In this document: positions 9,581-18,368 of the stretch, one piece after another
Numbering within the stretch: the first letter of the stretch is position 1
Layout: each line of letters begins with the position of its first letter
From: Kineococcus radiotolerans SRS30216 = ATCC BAA-149
Lineage (GTDB): Bacteria; Actinomycetota; Actinomycetes; Actinomycetales; Kineococcaceae
Direction: 5' to 3'
Length of the DNA stretch: 32,000 bases
Assembly: GCF_000017305.1 (NCBI RefSeq)
Contig: NC_009664.2
Location: 4,140,001-4,172,000 of the forward strand
Position numbers and translations under genes: made by a program
The notes under the pieces: generated by a model
What the model was told of the DNA's origin: nothing
What the model saw: only the letters and a program-made list of their open reading frames with translations
Databases searched by the model: none

Positions 9581-10159
9581 GTGAGCAGGGCCGGGGCGGT
9601 GCTGCTGGTGGCCGTGCTGGGCGTCGGGGGGACGGCCGGGTGCACGGCCGCCGAGTCGGTCCCACCCGTCCCCTCGTCGTCCGCCCCCACCGCGTCGCCC
9701 GCCCCGCCGCCGGTCCCGGCGTCGGCTCCCGGTGACCTGCGGGTCGCCACCGTGGAGACCCGCGAGGACGGCGTCGGCCCGGGCGGGACGCCGGTGGTGC
9801 GGTGGAGCGTGGACTGGGAGCTGCGGTGGGCGGCGGTGCCGGACGCGGCCTCGTACGCCGTGCGCTACGCGAGCGCGGAGGGGATCCCCGCCGGGGCCGC
9901 GGCGGACGAGACCACCGCGGGGACCTCGCTGCGGGTCACCGCTGCCGCCGGCACGTCCTCCCCGCAGCGGCAGGCCACCGAGCGCGACGCGGGGCTGCTC
10001 CTGACCTCCTCGCAGCTGCTGGTCTCGGTCGGGGCCGTCGGCGCCGACGGCAGCGAGGGTCCGGCGACGGGCTGGGTCCCCGTGGGCGACGTCCCGGCGG
10101 ACGGCAGGCCGGTGACGACCCTGCCCCACGAGCACGCACCGGGCGAGCACGCGCACTGA
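9581..10159 (+). CDS. putative lipoprotein with Pro/Ser linker and FN3-like domain
   Basis: VSRAGAVLLVAVLGVGGTAGC is signal plus lipobox-like. It is followed by PVPSSSAPTASPAPPPVPASAP, and then VRWSVDWELRWAAVPDAASYAVRY. The gene starts 8 nt after the upstream stop. Confidence 0.55.
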   Translation: MSRAGAVLLVAVLGVGGTAGCTAAESVPPVPSSSAPTASPAPPPVPASAPGDLRVATVETREDGVGPGGTPVVRWSVDWELRWAAVPDAASYAVRYASAEGIPAGAAADETTAGTSLRVTAAAGTSSPQRQATERDAGLLLTSSQLLVSVGAVGADGSEGPATGWVPVGDVPADGRPVTTLPHEHAPGEHAH

Positions 10160-10180
10160 ACCACCCGTCCGCCCCCCGGC

Positions 10181-11053
10181 TCAGCGGGGGCGGGCGGGTC
10201 CTCCGTTCACGCGGGCGCCGGGCGGATCGTCTGCGGCGCAGTGGATGCCGAGGTCGGTGCGACCGGGCAGGAGGTCCGCGCGCAGGGCGCGGGTCCCGGC
10301 GTAGTCCCCGTCGCGCAGGCGCCGGTACGGGCGGGCCGGTTCGGCGTCGAGGGTGCGCAACCTCTCCCGCAGGCGGTCCACCTCCCGGTCCAGGCCCGCG
10401 GTTCCCAGCGCGTCGGCGTCGTGGACGACGTGCAGGGCGAGGGTCTCGATGCCGACGTACCAGAGCACGCCGTGGGTGAGCGGGAACAGCAGGGAGTCCA
10501 GGTCACCGCTGACGCCGCGCGGGCCGATGGAGCGCGCGTCCTCGCCCGCGGTCACGACGACCAGGGCCCTGCGCCCGGCCAGTCCGCCGTCGCCGTAGCG
10601 GCGCGGCACCCCGAGGTCGGGATCGGTGTCGCCGAAGGCGAACCCGGCGGTGAGGACCCGGTCGAACCAGCCCTTGAGGATCGCCGGCGGCCCGTACCAC
10701 CACAGGGGGAACTGCAGCACGAGCAGTTCGGCCCGGGCGAGCTTGGCCTGCTCGGCGGTGACGTCGGGGGGGAGCTGCCCGCGGCGGTGCGCCTCACCGA
10801 GGAGCTCGGCGATGCCGCCGGGTTCCCCGGCGCGGTCCGCGAGGTCGTGGCCGGCGAGGTCGTGGCCGGCGAAGTCGCGGGGACCGAGGACGGGGTCGAA
10901 GCCCTGGGCGTGCAGGTCCGAGGTCGCCACCTCCCGGTCCGCGGACAGGGCTCGCACCCCCTCCCGGAAGAGGTGGCCGTTGAGGGAGGAGCGGCGGGGG
11001 TGGGCGTGGACCCACAGGGCGGTGCCCGGCGTCGGCGGGGGTGTGGTGGTCAC
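10181..11053 (-). CDS. NAD(P)H dehydrogenase (quinone), flavodoxin-like fold
   Basis: ALWVHAHPRRSSLNG...LVLQFPLWWYGPPAILKGWFDRVL is typical of Flavodoxin_2/NQO-type reductases. The protein contains the in-frame duplication AGHDLAGHDL. Confidence 0.75.
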   Translation of the reverse strand: MTTTPPPTPGTALWVHAHPRRSSLNGHLFREGVRALSADREVATSDLHAQGFDPVLGPRDFAGHDLAGHDLADRAGEPGGIAELLGEAHRRGQLPPDVTAEQAKLARAELLVLQFPLWWYGPPAILKGWFDRVLTAGFAFGDTDPDLGVPRRYGDGGLAGRRALVVVTAGEDARSIGPRGVSGDLDSLLFPLTHGVLWYVGIETLALHVVHDADALGTAGLDREVDRLRERLRTLDAEPARPYRRLRDGDYAGTRALRADLLPGRTDLGIHCAADDPPGARVNGGPARPR

Positions 11054-11186
11054 GGGTTCACCTCTCGAGCGGCGGGGTGGGGCCGCCGGTGGTGCGGTTG
11101 TCCATGGCGGCCAGTCAACCCGCGTGGTCTGGACGGATCCATGGGTGAGACGCCGGAGCCCCTGCGCGATCGTCTACCGTGGCGGG

Positions 11187-12158
11187 GTGGATGCGTTCAG
11201 CGACCTGATGCGGGGTGTGCGGGCCCACGGCTCGCTGTTCGCCAGTTCCACCCTGACGGCGCCGTGGTCGCTGCACTTCGTCGACGGGGCACCGCTGACG
11301 CTGTGCACCGTCCTGGGGGGAGCGGGCTGGATCGTGCCGGAGCACGAGGCGGCGGTGCGGGTCGGTGCCTACGACACGGTGCTCGTGCGCGGGCCGGGGA
11401 CCTTCACCTTCGTCGACGAGGTCGGGACCACGGCGGTGCCGGTCGTCTGCGGGGTGGACTGCGCGACGCCCGAGCAGGGCGGCACCCGGCACCGGCTGGG
11501 CTGGCACGACCCCGGCGCGCCGGACGACGACGGGAACGGGACCACGACCCTCCTCGTCGGCGCCTACCCGGCGCGGGGCGAGATCAGCCGCCGACTGCTG
11601 GAGGCGCTGCCCGTGGTGCTGCGGGTCGAGGCCGGCGGTCGCGCCGACCCCGTGCTGGAGCACCTCGCCGCCGAGGTCGCCGTCGACGCCCCCGGTCAGC
11701 AGGTCGTCCTGGACCGGCTGCTGGACTGGATGCTGGTCTGCACGTTGCGCACCCACTTCGACCGTCCCGGCGGGCGCGCGCCGGCCTGGTGGACGGCCCA
11801 GCGCGACCCCGTGGCGGGCAGGGCGCTTCAGCTGCTGCACGCCGAACCGGCGGCGCCGTGGACGGTCGCGGCGCTGGCCGGGCGGGTCGGGGTGTCCCGG
11901 GCGACGCTCGCCAAGCGCTTCAGCGACCTCGTCGGCGAACCTCCGCTGACGTACCTGACCCGCTGGCGCATGACCCTGGCCGCGGACCTGCTGCTGGACC
12001 GGCCGGAACTGACCGTCGCCGGGGTCGCCCGCAGCGTGGGCTACGCGGAGCCGTTCGGTTTCAGCGCCGCGTTCAAGCGGGTCCGGGGCCTCAGCCCGAG
12101 CGAGTTCCGGCGCACCACGGCCGCCGGTCCCGCCGTGGACGCGTCGAGCACCGCCTAG
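11187..12158 (+). CDS. AraC family transcriptional regulator (cupin + HTH)
   Basis: The N-terminal VDAFSDLMRGVRAHGSLF is the cupin_6-type start. The C-terminal HTH reads WTVAALAGRVGVSRATLAKRFSDLVGEPPLTYLTRWRM...GYAEPFGFSAAFKRVRGLSPSEFRR. Confidence 0.8.
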   Translation: MDAFSDLMRGVRAHGSLFASSTLTAPWSLHFVDGAPLTLCTVLGGAGWIVPEHEAAVRVGAYDTVLVRGPGTFTFVDEVGTTAVPVVCGVDCATPEQGGTRHRLGWHDPGAPDDDGNGTTTLLVGAYPARGEISRRLLEALPVVLRVEAGGRADPVLEHLAAEVAVDAPGQQVVLDRLLDWMLVCTLRTHFDRPGGRAPAWWTAQRDPVAGRALQLLHAEPAAPWTVAALAGRVGVSRATLAKRFSDLVGEPPLTYLTRWRMTLAADLLLDRPELTVAGVARSVGYAEPFGFSAAFKRVRGLSPSEFRRTTAAGPAVDASSTA

Positions 12159-13132
12159 GGCCGGTCCTGCGGTTCGCGGGATCGCGACCGGACCCCGGTC
12201 GCGGTGCCCGGGTCAGGGGTCCGGTCGCCCGCGGTCGCGGCGAGGTGGGAGGCGAGGACGTCGCGCACGGTGGTCCACTCCCGGTGGCCGTAGCGGTCGT
12301 TGTCGACGTGGCGCAGTTGGCCCTGGCCGCTGAACATGCTGACGAAGTACTGCATGCCCTGCCAGGCCGGGAACGTCTCGTCGGGGTTCCCGGCGAAGCG
12401 CCGGGCCACCTTGCTCACCGCCGAGAGCGATCCCGCGGTGCCCGCCCACTGGAGCGTGAAGCGCTGCCCCGTCAGTTCGCTCATCGTCCGGGCCACGTCC
12501 CGTGCGCTGACCCGGTCCCCGGCGACCTCCACCACGCGAGGGGCGTCGGGGTCGAGGGCGACCGCGGCGACGATCGCGGCGACGTCGTCCTTGGTGGTGA
12601 AGTCGAGCACCTGGTCCGCGGAGGACCAGAACAGCACGCGCCGGCGGGTGAAGGAGATCATCGGCGCCTGCCCGGTGAGCATGTCGGCGAAGGCGCCGTT
12701 GAGCACCGACGTCGAGCGCAGGGGAGCGGCGTCGACGTCGGCGGCGAACTCGCGGCGCAGTTCGAGGTTGCGGTTGCTGCCCAGCGCGATCCGGCGGTAG
12801 TCCGCGGAGTAGTCGGAGGGGATGAACCGGGCGACGCCGGCTCGCGCCGCCGCGTCCAGCAGGACCCGCTGGGCGTCGACGATCACCGGGCGGGTGCCGC
12901 TGAGCGCGGAGACGACGGTGTCGATCCCGGTGAGGGAACCGGCCAGCGCCTGCGGGTCCGCGTAGGTGGTCTCGACGACGTCGACGCGCGGGTCGTCGGC
13001 GAAGAGGGACCCCGCGGCGCCGCTGCCGGGGCGGGTGAGGACGCGGACACGGGTGTCGCGGGTGAGGAGCTCGCGGGTGATGCGGCGTCCGAGGTCGCCG
13101 GTGGCGCCGGCGACGAGGATCGAGGTGGTCAC
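12155..13132 (-). CDS. NmrA-family NAD(P)-binding protein
   Basis: VTTSILVAGATGDLGRRITRELL is the Rossmann start, and RFIPSDYS is also present. GTG 13132 lies 10 nt downstream of the MarR stop on the same strand. The gene end overlaps the AraC stop by 4 nt. Confidence 0.8.
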   Translation of the reverse strand: MTTSILVAGATGDLGRRITRELLTRDTRVRVLTRPGSGAAGSLFADDPRVDVVETTYADPQALAGSLTGIDTVVSALSGTRPVIVDAQRVLLDAAARAGVARFIPSDYSADYRRIALGSNRNLELRREFAADVDAAPLRSTSVLNGAFADMLTGQAPMISFTRRRVLFWSSADQVLDFTTKDDVAAIVAAVALDPDAPRVVEVAGDRVSARDVARTMSELTGQRFTLQWAGTAGSLSAVSKVARRFAGNPDETFPAWQGMQYFVSMFSGQGQLRHVDNDRYGHREWTTVRDVLASHLAATAGDRTPDPGTATGVRSRSREPQDRP

Positions 13133-13142
13133 GGGTGGGTGC

Positions 13143-13724
13143 TCAGCTTCCGGTGGAGGGGCGCGGGGTTCGACGGGTCGACCGGTGGGGTGCGGCCAGG
13201 GGTTGTTCGGCGGGGGTCCCGGACGAGAGGGGTGAGCACGCCTCGACCGCACCGGCGCTCAGGGCGACACGAGCCAGCAGGTGCCGGAGCTGGGTGCGTT
13301 CGCCGGCGTCGAGGGCGTGCATCAGCGTCTCCTCCACCTCGCGCAGCGCGACGCGGGCCCGGGCGAGCAGGGCTCGTCCGCTGTCGGTGGGGAGCACCTC
13401 GCGCACCCGGCGGTCGCGGGGGTTCGCGCGCCGCTGGACCAGGCCCGCGTTCTCGAGGGCGTCGACCACGTACGTCATGGCGGTCTTGTCGATGCCCAGG
13501 CGCTGGGCCAGGAGGAGCTGCGAGGTCGCCGGTTCGGTGGTGACGGCGACCAGGACCTGGTAGCCGCGGGGGCCTCCGGGGACGGCGTCGACGGCGGTGA
13601 CGGCGGTCCGGGCGAAGCCCTGGTAGACGGCCTGGAGGGACCAGCCCAGTTCGGTCTCGATCCCGCCGGCGTCCCAGTCGATCGCGGCCTCCGCCGCTGG
13701 GCCTCCGGGTGCGCTGTCGGTCAT
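13143..13724 (-). CDS. MarR family transcriptional regulator
   Basis: YQVLVAVTTEPATSQLLLAQRLGIDKTAMTYVVDALENAGLVQRRANPRDRRVREVLPTDSG is a winged helix. The gene is divergent from the epoxide hydrolase gene. Confidence 0.8.
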   Translation of the reverse strand: MTDSAPGGPAAEAAIDWDAGGIETELGWSLQAVYQGFARTAVTAVDAVPGGPRGYQVLVAVTTEPATSQLLLAQRLGIDKTAMTYVVDALENAGLVQRRANPRDRRVREVLPTDSGRALLARARVALREVEETLMHALDAGERTQLRHLLARVALSAGAVEACSPLSSGTPAEQPLAAPHRSTRRTPRPSTGS

Positions 13725-13941
13725 GGCGCCACCGTATCCCGCTCATACCTTCTCAGCAACAAATCGTCTCAAACTCAGAAGATCTGTGCCATGGTGTCCC
13801 CACGAGACGCGGTACGGGGTCGACGCCCACCGCACCCGAGCCGCGACGTTCCCGCGGCGTTCGGACGGCCACGTCCGGGCGGTCCGCCCCGGCCCGACCC
13901 GTCTCGTCCCGTCCCACCTGCTCCGACAGCGAGGAACCACC

Positions 13942-15171
13942 ATGACCACCGGAACCGGCACCCGCGAAGACCGCACGAACCCCGGGAGCGGTGAGGCCGC
14001 GGACGCCGTCCGCCCCTTCGTCCTGGACGTGCCCCAGGCCGACCTCGACGACCTGCGGCACCGGCTGCTGCGCACCCGCTGGCCCGACCGGGAGACCGTC
14101 GCCGACACCACCCAGGGCCCGCAGCTCGAGCGGGTCCAGCGACTCGTCGCGCACTGGAGCGGCGCCTACGACTGGCGTCGCGCCGAAGCGCTGCTGAACG
14201 GCTGGGGGCAGTTCACCACCCGCATCGACGGTCTCGACGTCCACTTCGTCCACGTCCGGTCCCGCGTCCCCGGCGCGCGTCCGCTGCTCCTGACCCACGG
14301 CTGGCCCGGATCCGTCCTGGAGTTCCGCCACGCGGTCGGGCCGCTCACCGACCCGGAGGCGCACGGCGGCGACCCCGCCGACGCCTTCGACGTCGTGATC
14401 CCCAGCCTGCCCGGGTTCGGTTTCTCGGGACACCCCACCGCTCCCGGCTGGAACCTCCAGCGCACCGCTCGGGCGTGGTCCGTCCTGATGCGGCGCCTGG
14501 GCTACACCCGCTGGTTCGCCCAGGGTGGCGACCTCGGCGCCTCGGTCACCGCCGAGCTCGCCGCCCTGCACCAGCGCAACGACATCGGGCTCGCCGGGAT
14601 CCACCTCAACATGGCGCTGTTCAGCCCGACCGACGACGAAGCGGCTGCCGCCGACCCCGCCGAGCAGGCGATGCTGCGGGAGGGCGGCTACTACTGGCAG
14701 ACGCTCTCCGCGTACTCCCAGCAGATGTCCACGCGACCGCAGACCATCGGCTACTCCCTCACCGATTCCCCGGTGGGACTCGCGTCGTGGATCTACGCCA
14801 TGTTCCAGGACGTCGGCGGTTCCCACGACGCGCACGGCGACGTCGAGGCGCTGTTCTCCCTCGACGAGGTGCTCGACGACGTCATGCTCTACTGGCTGCC
14901 CAACGCCGCCGCCTCCGCGGCCCGCATGTACTGGGAGATGAACCAGGTCGGCTGGGCCAACGCCGGCACCCTCGAGGAACCCCTGACCGTGCCGACCGGT
15001 CTGAGCGTCATGCCCGGGGAGTACGTCCGGCGTTCCCGCCGGTGGGCCGAACGCCGCTACACCGACCTCGTCCACTTCAGCGAGGTGGCCGACGGAGGGC
15101 ACTTCGCCCTCCTGGAGCAGCCCGAACTCCTCGTCGCCGACATCCGGTCCACCTTCCTGACCCTCCGCTGA
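13942..15171 (+). CDS. epoxide hydrolase (EHN domain + alpha/beta hydrolase)
   Basis: PFVLDVPQADLDDLRHRLLRTRWPD, IDGLDVHFVH, LLLTHGWPGSVLEF and FAQGGDLGA are present. ATG 13942 has GAGGA about 6 nt upstream, so the ORF-track start at 13723 is judged too long. Confidence 0.85.
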   Translation: MTTGTGTREDRTNPGSGEAADAVRPFVLDVPQADLDDLRHRLLRTRWPDRETVADTTQGPQLERVQRLVAHWSGAYDWRRAEALLNGWGQFTTRIDGLDVHFVHVRSRVPGARPLLLTHGWPGSVLEFRHAVGPLTDPEAHGGDPADAFDVVIPSLPGFGFSGHPTAPGWNLQRTARAWSVLMRRLGYTRWFAQGGDLGASVTAELAALHQRNDIGLAGIHLNMALFSPTDDEAAAADPAEQAMLREGGYYWQTLSAYSQQMSTRPQTIGYSLTDSPVGLASWIYAMFQDVGGSHDAHGDVEALFSLDEVLDDVMLYWLPNAAASAARMYWEMNQVGWANAGTLEEPLTVPTGLSVMPGEYVRRSRRWAERRYTDLVHFSEVADGGHFALLEQPELLVADIRSTFLTLR

Positions 15172-15194
15172 TCGGAGCCCCCACCGGACGGGGC

Positions 15195-15640
15195 TCACCC
15201 CTGACCGTCGTACGGGGACCCGGGGGCCTGAGTTTCCCCGGGTTCCCGGGTGGGGTATCGCGGTTGGAGCCGGTGGGGTCCTCCGCTCCGCCGGGCCGCA
15301 CCGCGGGGCCCGGTCGAGAAGGACCGGCTGGACAGGCTGCCGACCTCGACGGTGAGGATCGCCTCAGGGGTGCTGCGCCGGTCCTCGTAGCTCATCGTCC
15401 AGCCCAGCGGCTGCCCGGTGTCGTGGTCGCTGACCGGCCCGACGTGGACGGCGCGGTCCAGGTCGGGGTCGACGCCGAGGAGGGCGTCACGGAAGACGGC
15501 GGTGGCGGTTGCCTGCGGGCCGGGGGTCGCCGTCGCGGACGGGGTGGACGCCGGGCCGGGAGACGGTGCGCTGGCGGTCGGGGCCGGAGCGGTGGACGTC
15601 GACGGGTCGTCCGAGGTCCACCGCGCACCGGCGACGGCGC
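15195..15640 (-). CDS. hypothetical protein, Ser/Thr/Pro-rich linker plus C-terminal domain; 5' end unresolved
   Basis: Only the C-terminal part looks protein-like (TAVFRDALLGVDPDLDRAVHVGPVSDHDTGQPLGWTMSYEDRRSTPEAILTVEVGS). The only in-frame start (15800) overlaps the sigma remnant by about 100 bp. It may be a decayed partner of the sigma gene. Confidence 0.3.
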
Positions 15641-15696
15641 GCGACGGGGTCGCCGGCCCCGCCGGGGTTCGTCCGCGCCGGTGTCGGACGGGTGGG

Positions 15697-15975
15697 TCAT
15701 GGCCGGCCTCCGGTCTTGGTGCGCTTACCGGAGGGACGAGGGGGGCTGGTGCGAGGCTCCGGACCGCGGCGGTCGAGGCCGGTGCGGTCGTCGCGGTCAC
15801 CGGGTCCGAGGTGGGCCTGCAGGACGCTGCGGGCGTGGTGGACGTGGCTCTTGACGGTGCCTTCAGTGATGCTCAGGGCGGCGGTGACCTCGCCGATGGT
15901 GAGGTCCTCGACGCAGCGCAGCAGGACCACCGCGCGCTGGCGCGGGGGAGCGCGGCGATGGCGTCGGGCGGATGG
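15697..15975 (-). pseudogene. ECF sigma factor remnant: region 4 only, plus a 1-nt frameshift
   Basis: PRQRAVVLLRCVEDLTIGEVTAALSITEGTVKSHVHHARSVLQAHL is sigma-70 region 4. The preceding DAIAALP lies in another frame across a G5/C5 run at 15944-15948. No region 2 exists upstream, where a plus-strand GNAT gene sits instead. Confidence 0.65.
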
Positions 15976-16487
15976 AGGATGAGGTCGTGATCCTTCGAGC
16001 GGTGCAGCCGGCCGCGGACGCGGCGGTGGCCGCCAGGCTCCTGCGGCTGCAGCACGACGCCTACGCGGTCGAGGCGGCACTGATCGGTGACGACCGCATC
16101 CCACCGCTGCACGAGGACCTGGAGGCGCTGCGTGCGACCTCGCTGCGTTGGTTCGCGGCCTTCGACGGGGACGAGCTGCTGGGCGCCCTGGGCTGGACGG
16201 AGGACGACACCGGCGTCGACATAGACCGGCTGGTGGTGGCGGTGCACGCCCACCGACGAGGGGCGGGCACCCGACTGGTCCGTGAGGTCCTGCTGCAGGC
16301 GGGAGGACGTTCCGCGACCGTGTCGACGGGACGCGACAACGGCCCGGCCCGAGCCCTCTACGAACAGCTCCTGTTCACCCGCGTCGGTGATCGGGAGGTT
16401 CTGCCCGGTCTGTGGGTCGTCGACTACCGGCGCCCGTCTGCCACCTCGCAGGACAGCGGTGACAGTTCCGCATCAGGACAGAAGTGA
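15972..16487 (+). CDS. GNAT family N-acetyltransferase
   Basis: IDRLVVAVHAHRRGAGTRLVREVL is the acetyl-CoA motif A (R/QxxGxG/A). NGPARALYEQLLF is also present. Third-codon-position GC is high in this frame. Confidence 0.7.
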   Translation: MEDEVVILRAVQPAADAAVAARLLRLQHDAYAVEAALIGDDRIPPLHEDLEALRATSLRWFAAFDGDELLGALGWTEDDTGVDIDRLVVAVHAHRRGAGTRLVREVLLQAGGRSATVSTGRDNGPARALYEQLLFTRVGDREVLPGLWVVDYRRPSATSQDSGDSSASGQK

Positions 16488-16665
16488 CACTGCTGCCGGT
16501 CTCGATGGTGCACTTCCCGGGCTCCTGATCAGTGGGTGAGGGCGTCCATGCCTGCCGGCGAGGCACCTTCGACTTACTGCTCACTGGTCAGACTCATGAC
16601 GAAGAGCGAGTGGCCTCAAGGCGTAGCCATCGGGGCTGTGACGACGAGTTCCGAGCCCCGGTCGG

Positions 16666-17595
16666 CTAGAGCCAGTAGGGCACGGCCCCGTGGAACGGCA
16701 ACTGCGCGGAGGCGTAGTACTCCTCCACGGACTGCTCACCCCTCGGCAGCACCGGCAGCAGCAACCCCCGCGTGGTGGCGACGTCTTGCCAGGTCATCGT
16801 GCGGATGTCAGCACTCAACTGCAGCCAGACGGACCCGTCGCGGTTCTCCCGCACCCGCCCACCCGCGGGCAGGACGCTCAGCAACGCGCGCAGGGCGGGG
16901 AGCCCACCGATGACCTCCAGGTGAGCAGGGCGCAGCAGGACACCCCAGCCGTACCCCCACAGGGTCCTGCGCAGGTCACGTTCCCACCACGGAGCGCCCA
17001 CGGCGATCTCCCAGGCGCTGCTGGTGTTGCTGGCGCTGACGTGCTCGTCGAGGGTGAGGTAACCGGTCAGAACGTGGTGCTCGACGCCGGCGCGGCAGAT
17101 CCACTCGGCCAGGGCGTGGGCGGGTGCGGTGGCGTCGTGCTCGCGCAGCAACGCCTGGGGGACCGAGATCGAGAGCGTCGCCCCACGCAGGTCGAGGCAG
17201 GCCTGGAGCCTGTCATTCCAGAAGGTTTCAGGATCGGTGGAACGGCCCGGGCGTTGCGCGGAGACGGCGACGTCCTCGAGGCGGTCTGCTCGCAGGTCTG
17301 CCGTGGGGCCCAGCAGCTCTTCTCCCGCGGTGGCGCGTTCCAGGGCGCTCAGTGCGGTCTCGAGGTCGGTGTCGTACTCGCCGCGGGCGGGTGGGCGGCG
17401 ACCTGCGAGATCGTCGCTGGTGCGCAGGTGGTACTCCGTCCAGTCGGTCACGGTGGGGTGCAGGTGCGGGGCGAGGGCGTTGCGCAGGGCGTCGGTGAGC
17501 AGCAGGGCGAGCTGGGCGGGGGTCGCGGTCTCGGGGGGCAGGGCGACCGCGGCCAGCAGCTGGCGGCGTTCCTCACCGCTGGGGACGGCGTGCAC
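16666..17595 (-). CDS. hypothetical protein (309 aa), possibly immunity-like
   Basis: GTG 17595 has GAGGAG 5 nt upstream. I recognise no catalytic motif. The C-terminal WGVLLRPAHLEVIGGLPALRALLSVLPAGGRV is reminiscent, from memory only, of DUF3396/Imm52-type immunity proteins. Confidence 0.6.
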   Translation of the reverse strand: MHAVPSGEERRQLLAAVALPPETATPAQLALLLTDALRNALAPHLHPTVTDWTEYHLRTSDDLAGRRPPARGEYDTDLETALSALERATAGEELLGPTADLRADRLEDVAVSAQRPGRSTDPETFWNDRLQACLDLRGATLSISVPQALLREHDATAPAHALAEWICRAGVEHHVLTGYLTLDEHVSASNTSSAWEIAVGAPWWERDLRRTLWGYGWGVLLRPAHLEVIGGLPALRALLSVLPAGGRVRENRDGSVWLQLSADIRTMTWQDVATTRGLLLPVLPRGEQSVEEYYASAQLPFHGAVPYWL

Positions 17596-17738
17596 GGATG
17601 CTCCTCGGGATCGGCAGGGGTCGATGCAGCAGGTTCAGCGCTCGAAGGCCCGGCGGCGATGTGGAAGTCACGCGAGTGGGCGACCCACATCCACGATCAG
17701 ACCCGTCTCCGCAGTCTGCCGCAGGCACCCGTGCGCGC

Positions 17739-17749
17739 GGTCATCCCGC
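17739..17749 (+). repeat. junction repeat copy a (core GGTCATCCCGC)
   Basis: Context is gtgcgcgcGGTCATCCCGCGgatggtgcgcgg. The second box ACGTCGCGGTCAT follows 45 nt downstream. The copy is intergenic. Confidence 0.8.
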
Positions 17750-17773
17750 GGATGGTGCGCGGCCCAGCCGCCG

Positions 17774-17807
17774 GCAACGTCGCGGTCATGGCAACGTCGC
17801 GGTCATG
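17774..17807 (+). repeat. perfect 17-bp tandem duplication GCAACGTCGCGGTCATG x2 (second-box sequence of junction a)
   Basis: Read directly: 17774-17790 and 17791-17807 are identical. Confidence 0.85.
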
Positions 17808-17912
17808 ACGATGACCAGGAGATCACCGAGAGCTCAGGAAGCCGGATGAGAAGCTGTAGTGCGGTCGTCGTCGACTCGCCGGTCATCACCGCAAGTGGAG
17901 AGGTAGGCGTCG

Positions 17913-18215
17913 ATGGTCCACCTGGAACGTCACGAGTCCACGATCATCCTGTCCATGGGGCTAGAGGAAGCTGCGCGGCTCTCTGCAGCACTCACCGAGG
18001 CGACGTTGGCGCTGTCTCGAGCCGAGTACTGGATGCGGGTGGGGTGCCCGAAGTCTTCCGTGGAGCAGCTCTCGGACCTGCTTCGCCTTGCCTCGAAGGG
18101 GAAGGGGCAGGGTGCCAGCGTCGCGTTGCCGCCCGGTGAGGAGGAGCAGGAGAATCCCCGGCGACCTCGACCTGGTAGCGACAGCACGGCCCAGCGGGGC
18201 GCTTCGCCGGGATGA
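17913..18215 (+). CDS. hypothetical small protein (100 aa), cassette 1
   Basis: The ATG has GGAGAGG 9 nt upstream. The N-terminal ~65 aa are helical (LEEAARLSAALTEATLALSRAEYWMRVGCPKSSVEQLSDLLRL) and are followed by a charged tail. The stop codon lies inside CGGGATGA, which is complementary to the junction b core. Confidence 0.6.
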   Translation: MVHLERHESTIILSMGLEEAARLSAALTEATLALSRAEYWMRVGCPKSSVEQLSDLLRLASKGKGQGASVALPPGEEEQENPRRPRPGSDSTAQRGASPG

Positions 18216-18237
18216 GGCACCAACACACCGACTTTCC

Positions 18238-18248
18238 GGTCATCCCGC
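18238..18248 (+). repeat. junction repeat copy b (core GGTCATCCCGC)
   Basis: Context is ccgactttccGGTCATCCCGCGtggtgcgcgctgcc. The second box GACGTCACGGTCATGGCC starts 46 nt downstream. CGGGATGA (18208-18215) can pair with TCATCCCG (18240-18247). Confidence 0.8.
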
Positions 18249-18368
18249 GTGGTGCGCGCTGCCACCGGCGACCGAGACGTCACGGTCATGGCCAGGCCGT
18301 TGCCGTCGGGTCACCCCCTCGGCTTCGTCATACATGCGCCGAGCACCCCGACTCACTAGCTTGCTGAC

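Noticed and set aside
13725-13941. Relatively AT-rich MarR/epoxide-hydrolase divergent region (TTCTCAGCAACAAATCGTCTCAAACTCAGAAGATCTGTG) as a MarR operator
   Set aside because: A role as promoter/operator region is plausible. However, I could not find a clear palindrome beyond AGATCT or defined -10/-35 hexamers, so it is not reported as a feature.
15392-15700. ORF starting with an ATG that overlaps the sigma remnant stop (candidate anti-sigma factor)
   Set aside because: The product is almost pure Arg/Pro with no zinc-finger or TM segment. The only protein-like sequence downstream is in another frame.
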